Shown: piece by piece, positions 10,191 through 19,056 of the stretch
Layout of the letters: every line of letters starts with the position of its first letter
How positions within the stretch are numbered: position 1 is the stretch's first letter
Source: Spirochaetota bacterium
GTDB taxonomy: Bacteria > Spirochaetota > UBA4802 > JAFGDQ01
Reading direction: 5' to 3'
DNA: 64,000 nt
Assembly (NCBI GenBank): GCA_043803405.1
Contig: JAZDKB010000019.1
Coordinates: forward strand, 288,001-352,000
The notes under the pieces: generated by a model
Seen by the model: the letters and a program-made list of their open reading frames with translations, nothing else
What the model was told of the DNA's origin: nothing
The model's database searches: none
Translations under genes and position numbers: made by a program

Positions 10191-11318
10191 ATGAAAAGCG
10201 TTAAATTGATAAATAGTAATATTTTTTCCGTTATTACAATATTTTTTGTTTTATTTTCAGCCGGCTTTATTTCGCAGGTAAAGACACTGCATGCGGAAAT
10301 TGCCGCAGAATACTGGACCAGCGATATTCATAAAAATTATATTAGCATAAAAACGACAAAAGGAAAGTTTTATGCATATATTGTTCTTCTGTTTAATGAA
10401 AATCCGCATTTTATTAATTTAATACAGGAAGACAGCATTACTCCCGAAACGCTGCAGAAAGATGGCTTCCATGTAAAGGAATATATTAATTATTTGGACT
10501 CAATAAAAAATACAGATCAAAAAAAGCTCGCGGAGCAAATGCTTAATATTTATCTACATCCGAATAAATTTAAAGAAAAAGCCCTGGAGTCAATACAGGA
10601 AGAACTGACAAAGCATAATGTAATTTTGCGATTTTCGAAAATCAAGACGGCCAGTTCTGAAAAAATAGTTCTGGATTACTGTATTTATGGAAGAAAAGAA
10701 CCAATCAATATTTCCCACCCGCTTTTTGAGACACAGGAAAAATTGTTCAACATACAGCCTTTCATTTATTATGACGAATTTTCCACCAGTAATTCGACCT
10801 TCTATTTCGATATGGTTTATATAAATCCGGATGAAGTAAATAACGATTATCTCATTGCTCAAAATATTATAAGCGGGAAAAATGTCGAGTCGATGTTTTT
10901 TGTCGGCGCAAAAATAAATGACAATATAAAATATTGTATAATACATGCTTTTAATAAATCGGGAAATATTAAAAGCGAAATATTGCATATGTTTATTATT
11001 CATGAAATTACACATAAAATATTGAACAATCATTATAATTATTTTGATCAAATAACGGGCGAGGAACTGGCTCTGCTGAGTACAATTTATCAAAATCCTT
11101 ATCTGGGCTTGTCGGTATTATACAGTTATCTTGATTATAACCGGATAAACTCGCATAGAATCGCCGCGACAAATATTATAAGGTTTATTGCGAACAAAAC
11201 TGCCAAACCCGGATTGGTTGACGATCCTTCCGACCTTAGATTGCTTGGAATAAACGAGGTTAAACGTCTTACCAGGGAACATTTCAATTCAATAATGAGA
11301 AATGTTAAGAATAATTAA
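10191..11318 (+). CDS. Exported hypothetical protein with HExxH motif (possible zinc metallopeptidase)
   Basis: Signal peptide-like N-terminus ending LHA; HEITH followed by a downstream GEELA. Confidence 0.7.
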   Translation: MKSVKLINSNIFSVITIFFVLFSAGFISQVKTLHAEIAAEYWTSDIHKNYISIKTTKGKFYAYIVLLFNENPHFINLIQEDSITPETLQKDGFHVKEYINYLDSIKNTDQKKLAEQMLNIYLHPNKFKEKALESIQEELTKHNVILRFSKIKTASSEKIVLDYCIYGRKEPINISHPLFETQEKLFNIQPFIYYDEFSTSNSTFYFDMVYINPDEVNNDYLIAQNIISGKNVESMFFVGAKINDNIKYCIIHAFNKSGNIKSEILHMFIIHEITHKILNNHYNYFDQITGEELALLSTIYQNPYLGLSVLYSYLDYNRINSHRIAATNIIRFIANKTAKPGLVDDPSDLRLLGINEVKRLTREHFNSIMRNVKNN

Positions 11319-12415
11319 AAATGCAGGTGGATCGGATTTTGAAGATTCATACTGTTGAAATCTTTTTCAAATACTCCTGTAATAGCATTGATCTTTAGCT
11401 CATTCTCAATTTTTGATGTATCCCCGGACTTGCTAAAAAGAATCTCTTCAATTTTTTTCCATATATCAGCTATCCGTTCACAGGAGATAAACAGCAAGTC
11501 TTTCACGGATTCATAGTGTAGTCCGCTTGAACCGGTAGGGTGGAACCATCTCTCTTTATGAAGATTCAATACGTGAGTATTCAATTTGCCCGACGGCGGA
11601 TACTTTATTAGATAGTCAGAATAAAATAGTTTTTTCTTTTTTATGTAGTTAATTATTTTAATAAGCTGTGGATTCCTGCTATTTTTTATTTTAAAAGAAA
11701 ATTTAATAAAAATCGGTATTAAATTCATAATAAAAATTGCAGGCAATATTTCATTATCTTTTTGTTTGATTATTATTAACTTGTTGTAAGTTTCGGGGTG
11801 AGCTTCTTTTATTGAATTTAAAAGAAAAGTTTTAATCGGATGTTCCACCTGCTGCAGACCGTATTTTTCCCATTCCGGAAGCATGTCGTCTAAATTAAAA
11901 TCGTATGGATTTTTATTATAATCGCCGTCAAACGGCTGGCTGAAAAAAACATCCAGATTATTTTCCAATAAAAGATGCTGTTCCCTGAAATATTTCTGTT
12001 CAGCTTTATTACCTGAAGTGGTAAAGCCGGACCAGTAATAAATGTAAGGATTAAAGAATGAATCCGAGATTAAATGCGATATCAGCCCGTATAGATATGC
12101 ACGTTGATTGGATGCCCATTCATTATTCTGATCTTTGTAGGATATCAATGTAAATAGCATTGATTTTAATAATTTTTCATTTTGATTGGAGTGAAGCTCG
12201 TATGAAATTTCACTTCCGCTGATATAATTATTTTTTTTGAATGGCAGATAAGCGAAAATATTGGGGCCAAGAGCTCCGAAAAGGCCGGCTTTTTTGAAAT
12301 TTTTAGATTTGAAAAGAATCTCAATGGATTTTGAGTAAATATTACTATGTTTTTCTTTTTTTAGAAAATTAATTGATTCATAAAACACTCTGCTGTGAGT
12401 AATAATTCCAGGCAT
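11315..12415 (-). CDS. Zinc-dependent phospholipase C family protein
   Basis: N-terminal MPGIITH, GALGPNIF, GLISHLISD, H...E pattern typical of the family. Confidence 0.75.
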   Translation of the reverse strand: MPGIITHSRVFYESINFLKKEKHSNIYSKSIEILFKSKNFKKAGLFGALGPNIFAYLPFKKNNYISGSEISYELHSNQNEKLLKSMLFTLISYKDQNNEWASNQRAYLYGLISHLISDSFFNPYIYYWSGFTTSGNKAEQKYFREQHLLLENNLDVFFSQPFDGDYNKNPYDFNLDDMLPEWEKYGLQQVEHPIKTFLLNSIKEAHPETYNKLIIIKQKDNEILPAIFIMNLIPIFIKFSFKIKNSRNPQLIKIINYIKKKKLFYSDYLIKYPPSGKLNTHVLNLHKERWFHPTGSSGLHYESVKDLLFISCERIADIWKKIEEILFSKSGDTSKIENELKINAITGVFEKDFNSMNLQNPIHLHF

Positions 12416-12606
12416 TGTTTACCTTGTAATGCTAGTATTAATGAATAATTAATACTATTGTATTTCTTCGGATTGTCAACAAAATATCAATTTAAACATT
12501 TTTTTCAGAAACTGAAAAAAATTCAAAAGCAGACTATTCATATCAAAAATTATCCATATTTTTAAATAATCATATATAATCATCTATAATTGTTAATATT
12601 TGCCCT

Positions 12607-12633
12607 TAATTCGTTCACCAAAGGGGACGAAAA
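12607..12633 (+). promoter_or_regulatory. Putative sigma-28 (FliA) promoter of the flagellin gene
   Basis: TAAT-N15-GACGAAAA versus consensus TAAA-N15-GCCGATAA, ~250 bp upstream of flaB. Confidence 0.55.
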
Positions 12634-12667
12634 GACGTATATGGAAGAGTGTTTCCATGTCTTAAAG

Positions 12668-12680
12668 GTTCTTTGAAAAC
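12668..12680 (+). promoter_or_regulatory. boxA-like motif in first flagellin leader
   Basis: GTTCTTTGAAAAC, identical at 13758; matches the Firmicutes-type rrn boxA. Confidence 0.55.
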
Positions 12681-12849
12681 GCTGGGGTAATGATTTGCCT
12701 GTTTAAGCAACATGTACTTTTGTTATTTCTATTCCAGTCTTGTATTGCCCATAAATAAGCCTGGAAGGGCTGACATATTCCGGCTGTTTGTAAACAGTCG
12801 TTATGTTGGTAAAGACGACCGGTTCTTTCCTGCCCTTGAGAGTCCGGTT

Positions 12850-12882
12850 GGCAAGGAAGCCTTCAAATAACAAAGGAGTGTA
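12850..12882 (+). promoter_or_regulatory. Putative CsrA binding sites overlapping the flaB ribosome binding site
   Basis: ggc-aaggaa-gcc hairpin and aca-aaggag-tgt at the Shine-Dalgarno; CsrA control of flagellin is known in Bacillus and spirochaetes. Confidence 0.6.
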
Positions 12883-12884
12883 AA

Positions 12885-13733
12885 ATGATAATAAATCACA
12901 ACATGAGTGCAGTAAATGCAAACAGGGCGTTAAAGTTCACGCACTGGGAAGTTAACAAAAGCATGGAGAAGCTTGCATCAGGTGAACGCATCAATAAAGC
13001 CGGCGACGATGCTTCCGGATTAGCTGTTTCGGAGAAAATGAGAACCCAGATTCAGGGTTTAAGGCAGGCTGAAAGAAATACGGAAGACGGTATGTCTTTT
13101 GTACAGACTGCGGAAGGTTATTTGAATCAATCTGCTCAGATTATTCAACGAATCCGCGTTCTCTCTGTTCAGGCTGCAAACGGGATTTATTCTCCTGAAG
13201 ACAGACAGATAATCCAGGTGGAAGTATCTGCGCTGGTAGATGAAGTTGACCGGATTGCTTCACAGGCCGAGTTTAACAGGTTTAAAGTCCTAACCGGTGA
13301 ATTCTCAAGGATCAATGCCAAGGCTAGCATGTGGTTCCATCTTGGTCCCAATATGAATCAGCGCGAGCGGGTTTATATCGGCACTATGACTGCCCAGGCA
13401 TTCAGATTCAGGGATGTTTCGGGTAGAATAGCTATATCACTGTCGACTCCTGACGGCGCTAACAAATCTATTGGGATAATGGATGCAAGTCTGCAAAAGC
13501 TTGCTAAACAAAGAGCCGACCTTGGAGCTTACTATAATAGGCTTGAGATGACATCAAAAGGACTAATGACCGCCTATGAAAATACTCAGGCAGCTGAGTC
13601 CAGGATTAGGGATGCCGATATGGCAGAGACAATGGTTGATTTTACAAGAAGTAATGTTCTTGTAAATACAGGTACTGCCATGCTGGCCCAGGCAAATTTA
13701 CAACCCCAGTCAGTATTAAGATTATTAGGATAA
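12885..13733 (+). CDS. flaB: Periplasmic flagellar filament core protein
   Basis: [44 protein letters not shown]; 282 aa spirochaete type. Confidence 0.98.
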   Translation: MIINHNMSAVNANRALKFTHWEVNKSMEKLASGERINKAGDDASGLAVSEKMRTQIQGLRQAERNTEDGMSFVQTAEGYLNQSAQIIQRIRVLSVQAANGIYSPEDRQIIQVEVSALVDEVDRIASQAEFNRFKVLTGEFSRINAKASMWFHLGPNMNQRERVYIGTMTAQAFRFRDVSGRIAISLSTPDGANKSIGIMDASLQKLAKQRADLGAYYNRLEMTSKGLMTAYENTQAAESRIRDADMAETMVDFTRSNVLVNTGTAMLAQANLQPQSVLRLLG

Positions 13734-13757
13734 AATAATTTTAATACCAGCTTATTT

Positions 13758-13770
13758 GTTCTTTGAAAAC
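13758..13770 (+). promoter_or_regulatory. boxA-like motif in second flagellin leader
   Basis: GTTCTTTGAAAAC 25 nt after the stop of the first flaB. Confidence 0.55.
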
Positions 13771-13798
13771 TATTTTAGGTTCTCACTTTCCTTCCTGT

Positions 13799-13917
13799 TC
13801 GCCGGGGAAACCCGGCGATCACCGGCTGTTCCGGCAGTTGGTGATGTCGGAGGGCATCACTGGCTGCCGGAACAATCCGGCGCCGGTGTTGTCTGAATAA
13901 TGGGCAGTTCGGACTGC
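13799..13917 (+). ncRNA. Structured GC-rich RNA element in the flaB-flaB intergenic region (candidate cis-regulatory RNA)
   Basis: GAAA-tetraloop hairpin 13799-13818; 22 bp stem 13827-13874 with GGAG loop whose four non-canonical pairs are all G:U. Confidence 0.55.
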
Positions 13918-14057
13918 ACCATAAGGAGTAAACCTTTGATCTGTTTAATATGGATCCGGTTTCTGCGCAAGCGGAAGCCAGAAAAATCCTGAACCGTTTA
14001 TACAAACTAAAAAGAAACGGTTTTGCATTAAACAACCACAGGGAGGGAAAGTTTAAT

Positions 14058-14903
14058 ATGAGAATCAATCATAATATGAGTGCCATATTCGCAAATCGGC
14101 AGCTTAAATTTATTGCTGTGAATCTGGGTAAGTCAATTGAGAAGCTGGCATCCGGTGAAAGGATAAATACGGCTGGTGACGATGCTTCTGGTCTGGCTGT
14201 ATCTGAAAAGATGCGGACTCAGATAAACGGCCTGTTCCAGGCTGAAAAGAACGCTCAGAACGGGCTTTCTTTTGTACAGGTCGCAGAAGGATCACTTCAT
14301 CAGCTTAATGATATCCTTCAGAGAGTGCGGATGCTTTCGGTCCAGGCTGCTAATGGAATTTATTCTAATGCCGACAGACAGCAGCTTCAGGTGGAAGTCT
14401 CGCAGTTGATAGATGAGGTTGACAGGATTTCAACCTCGTCGGAATTCAACAGATTGAAAATGCTTACCGGGCGCTATTCCAGAGGGAGTAAAATCGGCAG
14501 TATGTTCTTTCACGTGGGGCCAAACCAGGATCAGCGGATCAAAGCTTTTATTGCAACAATGAGCGCAAAGTCCCTTAATCTTATTGAGGCGGGAGACCGT
14601 AAGCGTTCTATTTCAACTGTCGGAAATGCAAACGCCATGATTGGATATGTCGATGTAGCTTTAAACAAGCTTAATCGGCAAAGGGCAGATCTGGGCGCGT
14701 ATTACAACAGGATGGAGAATACAATAATGGCGCTTACCAGGAATTACGAAAATATGGTAGCGGCCGATTCCCGCATAAGGGATACGGATATGGCTTCAGA
14801 GTTGATTGAGTTTACAAAGAACCAGATTCTTTTGCAGAGTAGTACTTCGATGTTGGCACAGGCTAATTTAATGCCTAAAACAGTCCTGGAACTACTTAAA
14901 TAA
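14058..14903 (+). CDS. flaB: Second periplasmic flagellar filament core protein
   Basis: MRINHNMSA start with gggaggg RBS; flagellin N- and C-terminal motifs; 281 aa. Confidence 0.97.
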   Translation: MRINHNMSAIFANRQLKFIAVNLGKSIEKLASGERINTAGDDASGLAVSEKMRTQINGLFQAEKNAQNGLSFVQVAEGSLHQLNDILQRVRMLSVQAANGIYSNADRQQLQVEVSQLIDEVDRISTSSEFNRLKMLTGRYSRGSKIGSMFFHVGPNQDQRIKAFIATMSAKSLNLIEAGDRKRSISTVGNANAMIGYVDVALNKLNRQRADLGAYYNRMENTIMALTRNYENMVAADSRIRDTDMASELIEFTKNQILLQSSTSMLAQANLMPKTVLELLK

Positions 14904-14943
14904 GAATCTTTAGGATGCAGATCAACTCTGCAGCGGAGTTGAT

Positions 14944-14987
14944 TTTCTCCTCTCTGGGATTTTTTTAGAGAGGAGAAACTTTTTTTT
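14944..14987 (+). terminator. Intrinsic terminator after second flaB
   Basis: tttctcctctct / agagaggagaaa stem followed by a T run; another hairpin at 14921-14943 just upstream. Confidence 0.8.
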
Positions 14988-15056
14988 AAAGAAGGAGGTT
15001 ATATATGCGGTTATTTGGAATTTTATTTTCAATTGCCGCTTACATGGAGGTAGTTT

Positions 15057-15407
15057 ATGGACATTAATAATGTAATTGCAAACAAAATTGACAACATTTC
15101 ACAATCAAGAATTGGGAATGTTAAAAACCAGACAGAACACATTTCATCGGAAAATGTAAAGCTGGGAAGAGATCTAAAATTGACTAAGGAAAATACTGAC
15201 AATTTAATTGATACTCTTAACTCGGCGGCTAAATCCGTCAATCAGAGGGTGAGCTTCAGCTTTAGTGATAAAACCAACAGGGTTATTATGAAATTCCTTG
15301 ATGGCGATACAAATGAAGTTGTAAGGGAGATTCCTCAAAAAGAAATGATCAGACTGTTGGAACATATGCACGAGTTAATCGGCATGTTTGTTGATGAATC
15401 CCGTTAG
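15057..15407 (+). CDS. flaG: Flagellar protein FlaG
   Basis: VSFSFSDKTNRVIMK, EVVREIP, GMFVDE motifs; located between flagellin and fliD. Confidence 0.92.
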   Translation: MDINNVIANKIDNISQSRIGNVKNQTEHISSENVKLGRDLKLTKENTDNLIDTLNSAAKSVNQRVSFSFSDKTNRVIMKFLDGDTNEVVREIPQKEMIRLLEHMHELIGMFVDESR

Positions 15408-15488
15408 GGATCATCCGGATAAGGATTTATTATAGATCTTATTTATTCTATCGTGGACAAAATAGCCTTTTGTTTTGACGTGACAGCT

Positions 15489-15541
15489 ATATACTCATCC
15501 TGAATGCATTTTAAAATAAAAGTCAATCAGGGTGAGTATAT
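15489..15541. other. 15 bp inverted repeat between flaG and fliD
   Basis: atatactcatcctga ... tcagggtgagtatat with 23 nt spacer. Confidence 0.5.
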
Positions 15542-15763
15542 TAATATGATAAAAACTTCCTTAAATATCCTGCCATTCTTCTCAATCGAATCTAAAAAAA
15601 ACATATTATGTCATATTTTTTTGTATTTTTGCTCAGTAATTTTATTATCTAATTCTGCTATTTTACCGATAATATATTGAAATATTTTGTGATTTAATTT
15701 ATATTAAAATGAACTTATTGAAGCCTTGTTGTAATTAAAATAACAAATAATTGGGATAAAATT

Positions 15764-17788
15764 ATGCCGGTCACTATGGGCGGTTTGGCCTCCGGGCTGG
15801 ATACGGATAATATAATTCAGAAACTTGTTGAAGTTGAGGCAAGACCCATACATCAATGGACTGGTGAAAGAGAGAATTCCAGGAAAAGAAAAGATGCATT
15901 AGGAGATTTAAAAACCAACCTGGTAAAACTGAATGAGTCTGCAAAAGATCTTTACGGATACAGGGCTTCTTTTAATGATAAGAAGGCCATTTCTTCCAAT
16001 CAAAGCATTGTTGAAGCTTCGGCGAATAAAATTGCCGAAAAAGGCATCAAAGAATTAAAAGTAAAAGAGCTTGCTTCGAATAATAAAATTTCAACTGATA
16101 AAATCGGTAAAGATGAAAAGCTTCCTGCCGGTAAATTTAAAATTACTGTTAACGGCGAATCGCAGTCAGTAAATTTTAAAGGCGGAACGCTGGAAAAGCT
16201 TCGCGACAGAATTACAGAAGTTGCTGCTGAAATTATATCTCCAACCTACGTTAAAACAGACAGTAATAATTACATCATGACTATAGAATCGAAAACACCT
16301 GGTAAAAAAGGTGAAATTATTCTGACCGGCGATAAGGATTTACTAAAAAAGATCGGTTTGGTAACCGGCGAGAAAGGAGAGAATCAGGAAAAGACAAAGC
16401 TGATTTTCGATAGAAAATTTTTTAAAACATACAGCGGCATCAAAGAAATACCAAAGGAAGACGGCAGTATGGAAGTAGCTCAGGACGGCAATTCAATTAA
16501 GATTGAGGGAATTCTTTGGAGAGAATATGAACTTCCAATAGCCGCACCAATAAAAAAAGATACGGTACTTGAATTAAATATCGATTATCAGAAGGAAGTT
16601 GTTGAAGAGGATACCACTCCGTATCGCGTGGAAATCGGGCCGGCTGAGGAAGTAACCATTAAAGGTATAAAGCTGAAAGGTTATAATGTTTCCAGGATCA
16701 GGCAGATTGAGAAATCGGATGATAAAAAGAAAACTCCTGATGTGCTTGGTATCGGTGTTGTCGTAATGGAGAATGATAAACGAACGGAAAAAATATATGA
16801 ACGCGGGCCGGACGTTAAAGGGAAGCAGATTCTTCCTGTAGGCAATGATTTTGACGGTAAGACAATATCAAAAATTATTTTTTACTGCAACGAGGGAGCT
16901 GCTAAATTTTCGGCCGCAAATATTCTGACTCCTCTAAAAGGAACAGGAATTCTGGAAGCAAAGAACGTGATTAAAAATGCTGCGGATGCAAAAATTGAGA
17001 TCGATGGCGTTGAAATAGTCAGGGATAAAAATAATAATTTGAATGATGTTATTAAAGGCGTTGATTTAAATTTAAAGAGAAGTTCTGCTGATCCTGTAAC
17101 AATAACAATTGAGCCCGATATCGATAAAGCCATTGATAAGATAAAAAAATTCGTAAAAGCTTATAATGACTATCTGGATTTAAATATAAAACTAACAAAA
17201 ACAGCTAAGATTTTGAAACCGGATAATTTTGCAAAGTCAAAAGATGAAATGGGTCTATTTATCGGGGATATGACGATTTTAAGGCTGGAAAATTCTTTAA
17301 AGACCGCTGTCGGCGAATCTTATCCGTCAAGACTTGATAATCCGATCAGGATACTTGTGCAAACCGGAGTGTCTACAGGCGCAATTAATTCTGAGTGGGA
17401 ATCAATTAAAGAAGGCAAACTTGTAGTTGACGAGACAAAACTGCGGACCACAATTGACGCAAATCCTGAGGGCATAACAGAATTCTTCGGATCAGATACG
17501 GACGGTGATAACAGAATAGATAACGGCATGGCCTTCAGGGTTGAGAGCCTGCTAAAACCGTACATAATGTCGGGCAGAAGCGTCATTGCCGCCAAGGTCG
17601 ATCAGGAAAATGAATCGATAAAAAGCGTGGATAGCAGAATAGACAGACATAAAGAGCACTTAAAAAAATACGAGGAAAAGCTTAGAACTAAATTTGCTTC
17701 TATGGAAAAATCCGTTTCGGATTCCAAAGCACAGGGCAGTTGGATGAAGATGAACCTGGGCATTCAGGATTCTGACGGTAAAAAATAA
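15764..17788 (+). CDS. fliD: Flagellar filament capping protein
   Basis: GGLASGLDT N-terminus, NDVIKGV, KFVKAYND, KFASME C-terminus; large central insertion. Confidence 0.95.
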   Translation: MPVTMGGLASGLDTDNIIQKLVEVEARPIHQWTGERENSRKRKDALGDLKTNLVKLNESAKDLYGYRASFNDKKAISSNQSIVEASANKIAEKGIKELKVKELASNNKISTDKIGKDEKLPAGKFKITVNGESQSVNFKGGTLEKLRDRITEVAAEIISPTYVKTDSNNYIMTIESKTPGKKGEIILTGDKDLLKKIGLVTGEKGENQEKTKLIFDRKFFKTYSGIKEIPKEDGSMEVAQDGNSIKIEGILWREYELPIAAPIKKDTVLELNIDYQKEVVEEDTTPYRVEIGPAEEVTIKGIKLKGYNVSRIRQIEKSDDKKKTPDVLGIGVVVMENDKRTEKIYERGPDVKGKQILPVGNDFDGKTISKIIFYCNEGAAKFSAANILTPLKGTGILEAKNVIKNAADAKIEIDGVEIVRDKNNNLNDVIKGVDLNLKRSSADPVTITIEPDIDKAIDKIKKFVKAYNDYLDLNIKLTKTAKILKPDNFAKSKDEMGLFIGDMTILRLENSLKTAVGESYPSRLDNPIRILVQTGVSTGAINSEWESIKEGKLVVDETKLRTTIDANPEGITEFFGSDTDGDNRIDNGMAFRVESLLKPYIMSGRSVIAAKVDQENESIKSVDSRIDRHKEHLKKYEEKLRTKFASMEKSVSDSKAQGSWMKMNLGIQDSDGKK

Positions 17789-17910
17789 TTGATTACTATT
17801 GTCCCGTATTACGATCTCACAGCAGGTTTTGGGACACACTCTTGAATAAATGACACATCGTAAAAGTTGTAGTTGTATTTTTGATAAATTTAAATTTGCA
17901 GCGAGGTAAT

Positions 17911-18915
17911 ATGGAAATTCTAATAAATGGATGTCCATTGAATATTGAATTAAATGATGATTGGACCCTTCACGATGTAATTTCTTTCGTCGCAGACTGG
18001 TCTTATCAAAGAGACCTGATATTTACGGAAGCTGCGGTTAACAATAAGAGTTATGCGATTGATACTTTACCTAATTTCTCGATCCCGGAAGTTAAAACAT
18101 TAAATTGTTTTCTTCAGTCGAAATCCGATGTTGTAATCGATTCTCTTCATATCGGTGTTGATTATTGCACCAGGATACAAAAATTCTTTAAAGAATCAAT
18201 TGCCGCCGGAAAGGTAAATGTTGATGAAATAAAACATATTGTCGGTGGTATTAACTGGATTATTGAAGTAATTACTAAAATATCGGAAATGCTGGGAGTT
18301 GATATATATGAGATCAAGTATAAAGATAATTCGATAGCATTTTATTTTGAAAAGCTTAACGGATTCAAGAAGGATATAACAGATAATAATAATTCTGACT
18401 GGTTAGTTGATTATTTTAAAAAAAACGATGAAATATTTTCCGCTATTAGCGGTGTTTTAAAAATGCTATTAATGAGCGAAAACATGAAAACGCTTGTTAT
18501 CCAAAGCATAGATTCCCCCGATGTTTTATTAAAATCAATTAAGAACATTAAAGGTGAAGTCCCTGCCCAAATAAAAAATCTTGAGGAGATTGCTATCTCA
18601 TATCAGACAAAGAGGGATGATGAAGCTTCCAAAAAGCTTGAAAATTTTATAGATTTTATTTTTGATTACGGCAGGACATGTTATCAGATTGCTCCTGTTT
18701 TTAATATCGATCTGGAATCTATTATTGTGAATGATGTTCCGTTAAGCAAAAGGAATATTGAGCTTCAGGGATTTTTGTTTAATGTAATAAATGCAATGGA
18801 AAATAACGATATCATCAGTCTGTCGGATGTCCTGGAATATGAAATTAAATCCTTACTTGAAAATCTGGGCGGCTATATTGATATTTTAATTGATAATATC
18901 GAGAAAAAAAGTTAA
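17911..18915 (+). CDS. Hypothetical protein downstream of fliD
   Basis: ATG with gaggt RBS; helical protein ending in LSDVLEYEI, a motif seen in flagellar-locus hypothetical proteins. Confidence 0.75.
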   Translation: MEILINGCPLNIELNDDWTLHDVISFVADWSYQRDLIFTEAAVNNKSYAIDTLPNFSIPEVKTLNCFLQSKSDVVIDSLHIGVDYCTRIQKFFKESIAAGKVNVDEIKHIVGGINWIIEVITKISEMLGVDIYEIKYKDNSIAFYFEKLNGFKKDITDNNNSDWLVDYFKKNDEIFSAISGVLKMLLMSENMKTLVIQSIDSPDVLLKSIKNIKGEVPAQIKNLEEIAISYQTKRDDEASKKLENFIDFIFDYGRTCYQIAPVFNIDLESIIVNDVPLSKRNIELQGFLFNVINAMENNDIISLSDVLEYEIKSLLENLGGYIDILIDNIEKKS

Positions 18916-19056
18916 TTGATTTAACCGCTTTTATTGCAACACCCTGGCTTTCTTCTGAAAAAAAGAAATTATAAATATATTATTAATATTTTAAGATATG
19001 ATTTATGCAAAAAAGAACCTGTCTTGATTATGTGATTAGATCCGTGAAAATAATAT

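Noticed and set aside
13950..14057. 36 aa N-terminal extension of the second flagellin
   Set aside because: Conserved flagellin start MRINHN with RBS is at 14058
15646..15672. Sigma-28 promoter for fliD
   Set aside because: ACCGATAA -10 is good but no convincing -35 at the right spacing
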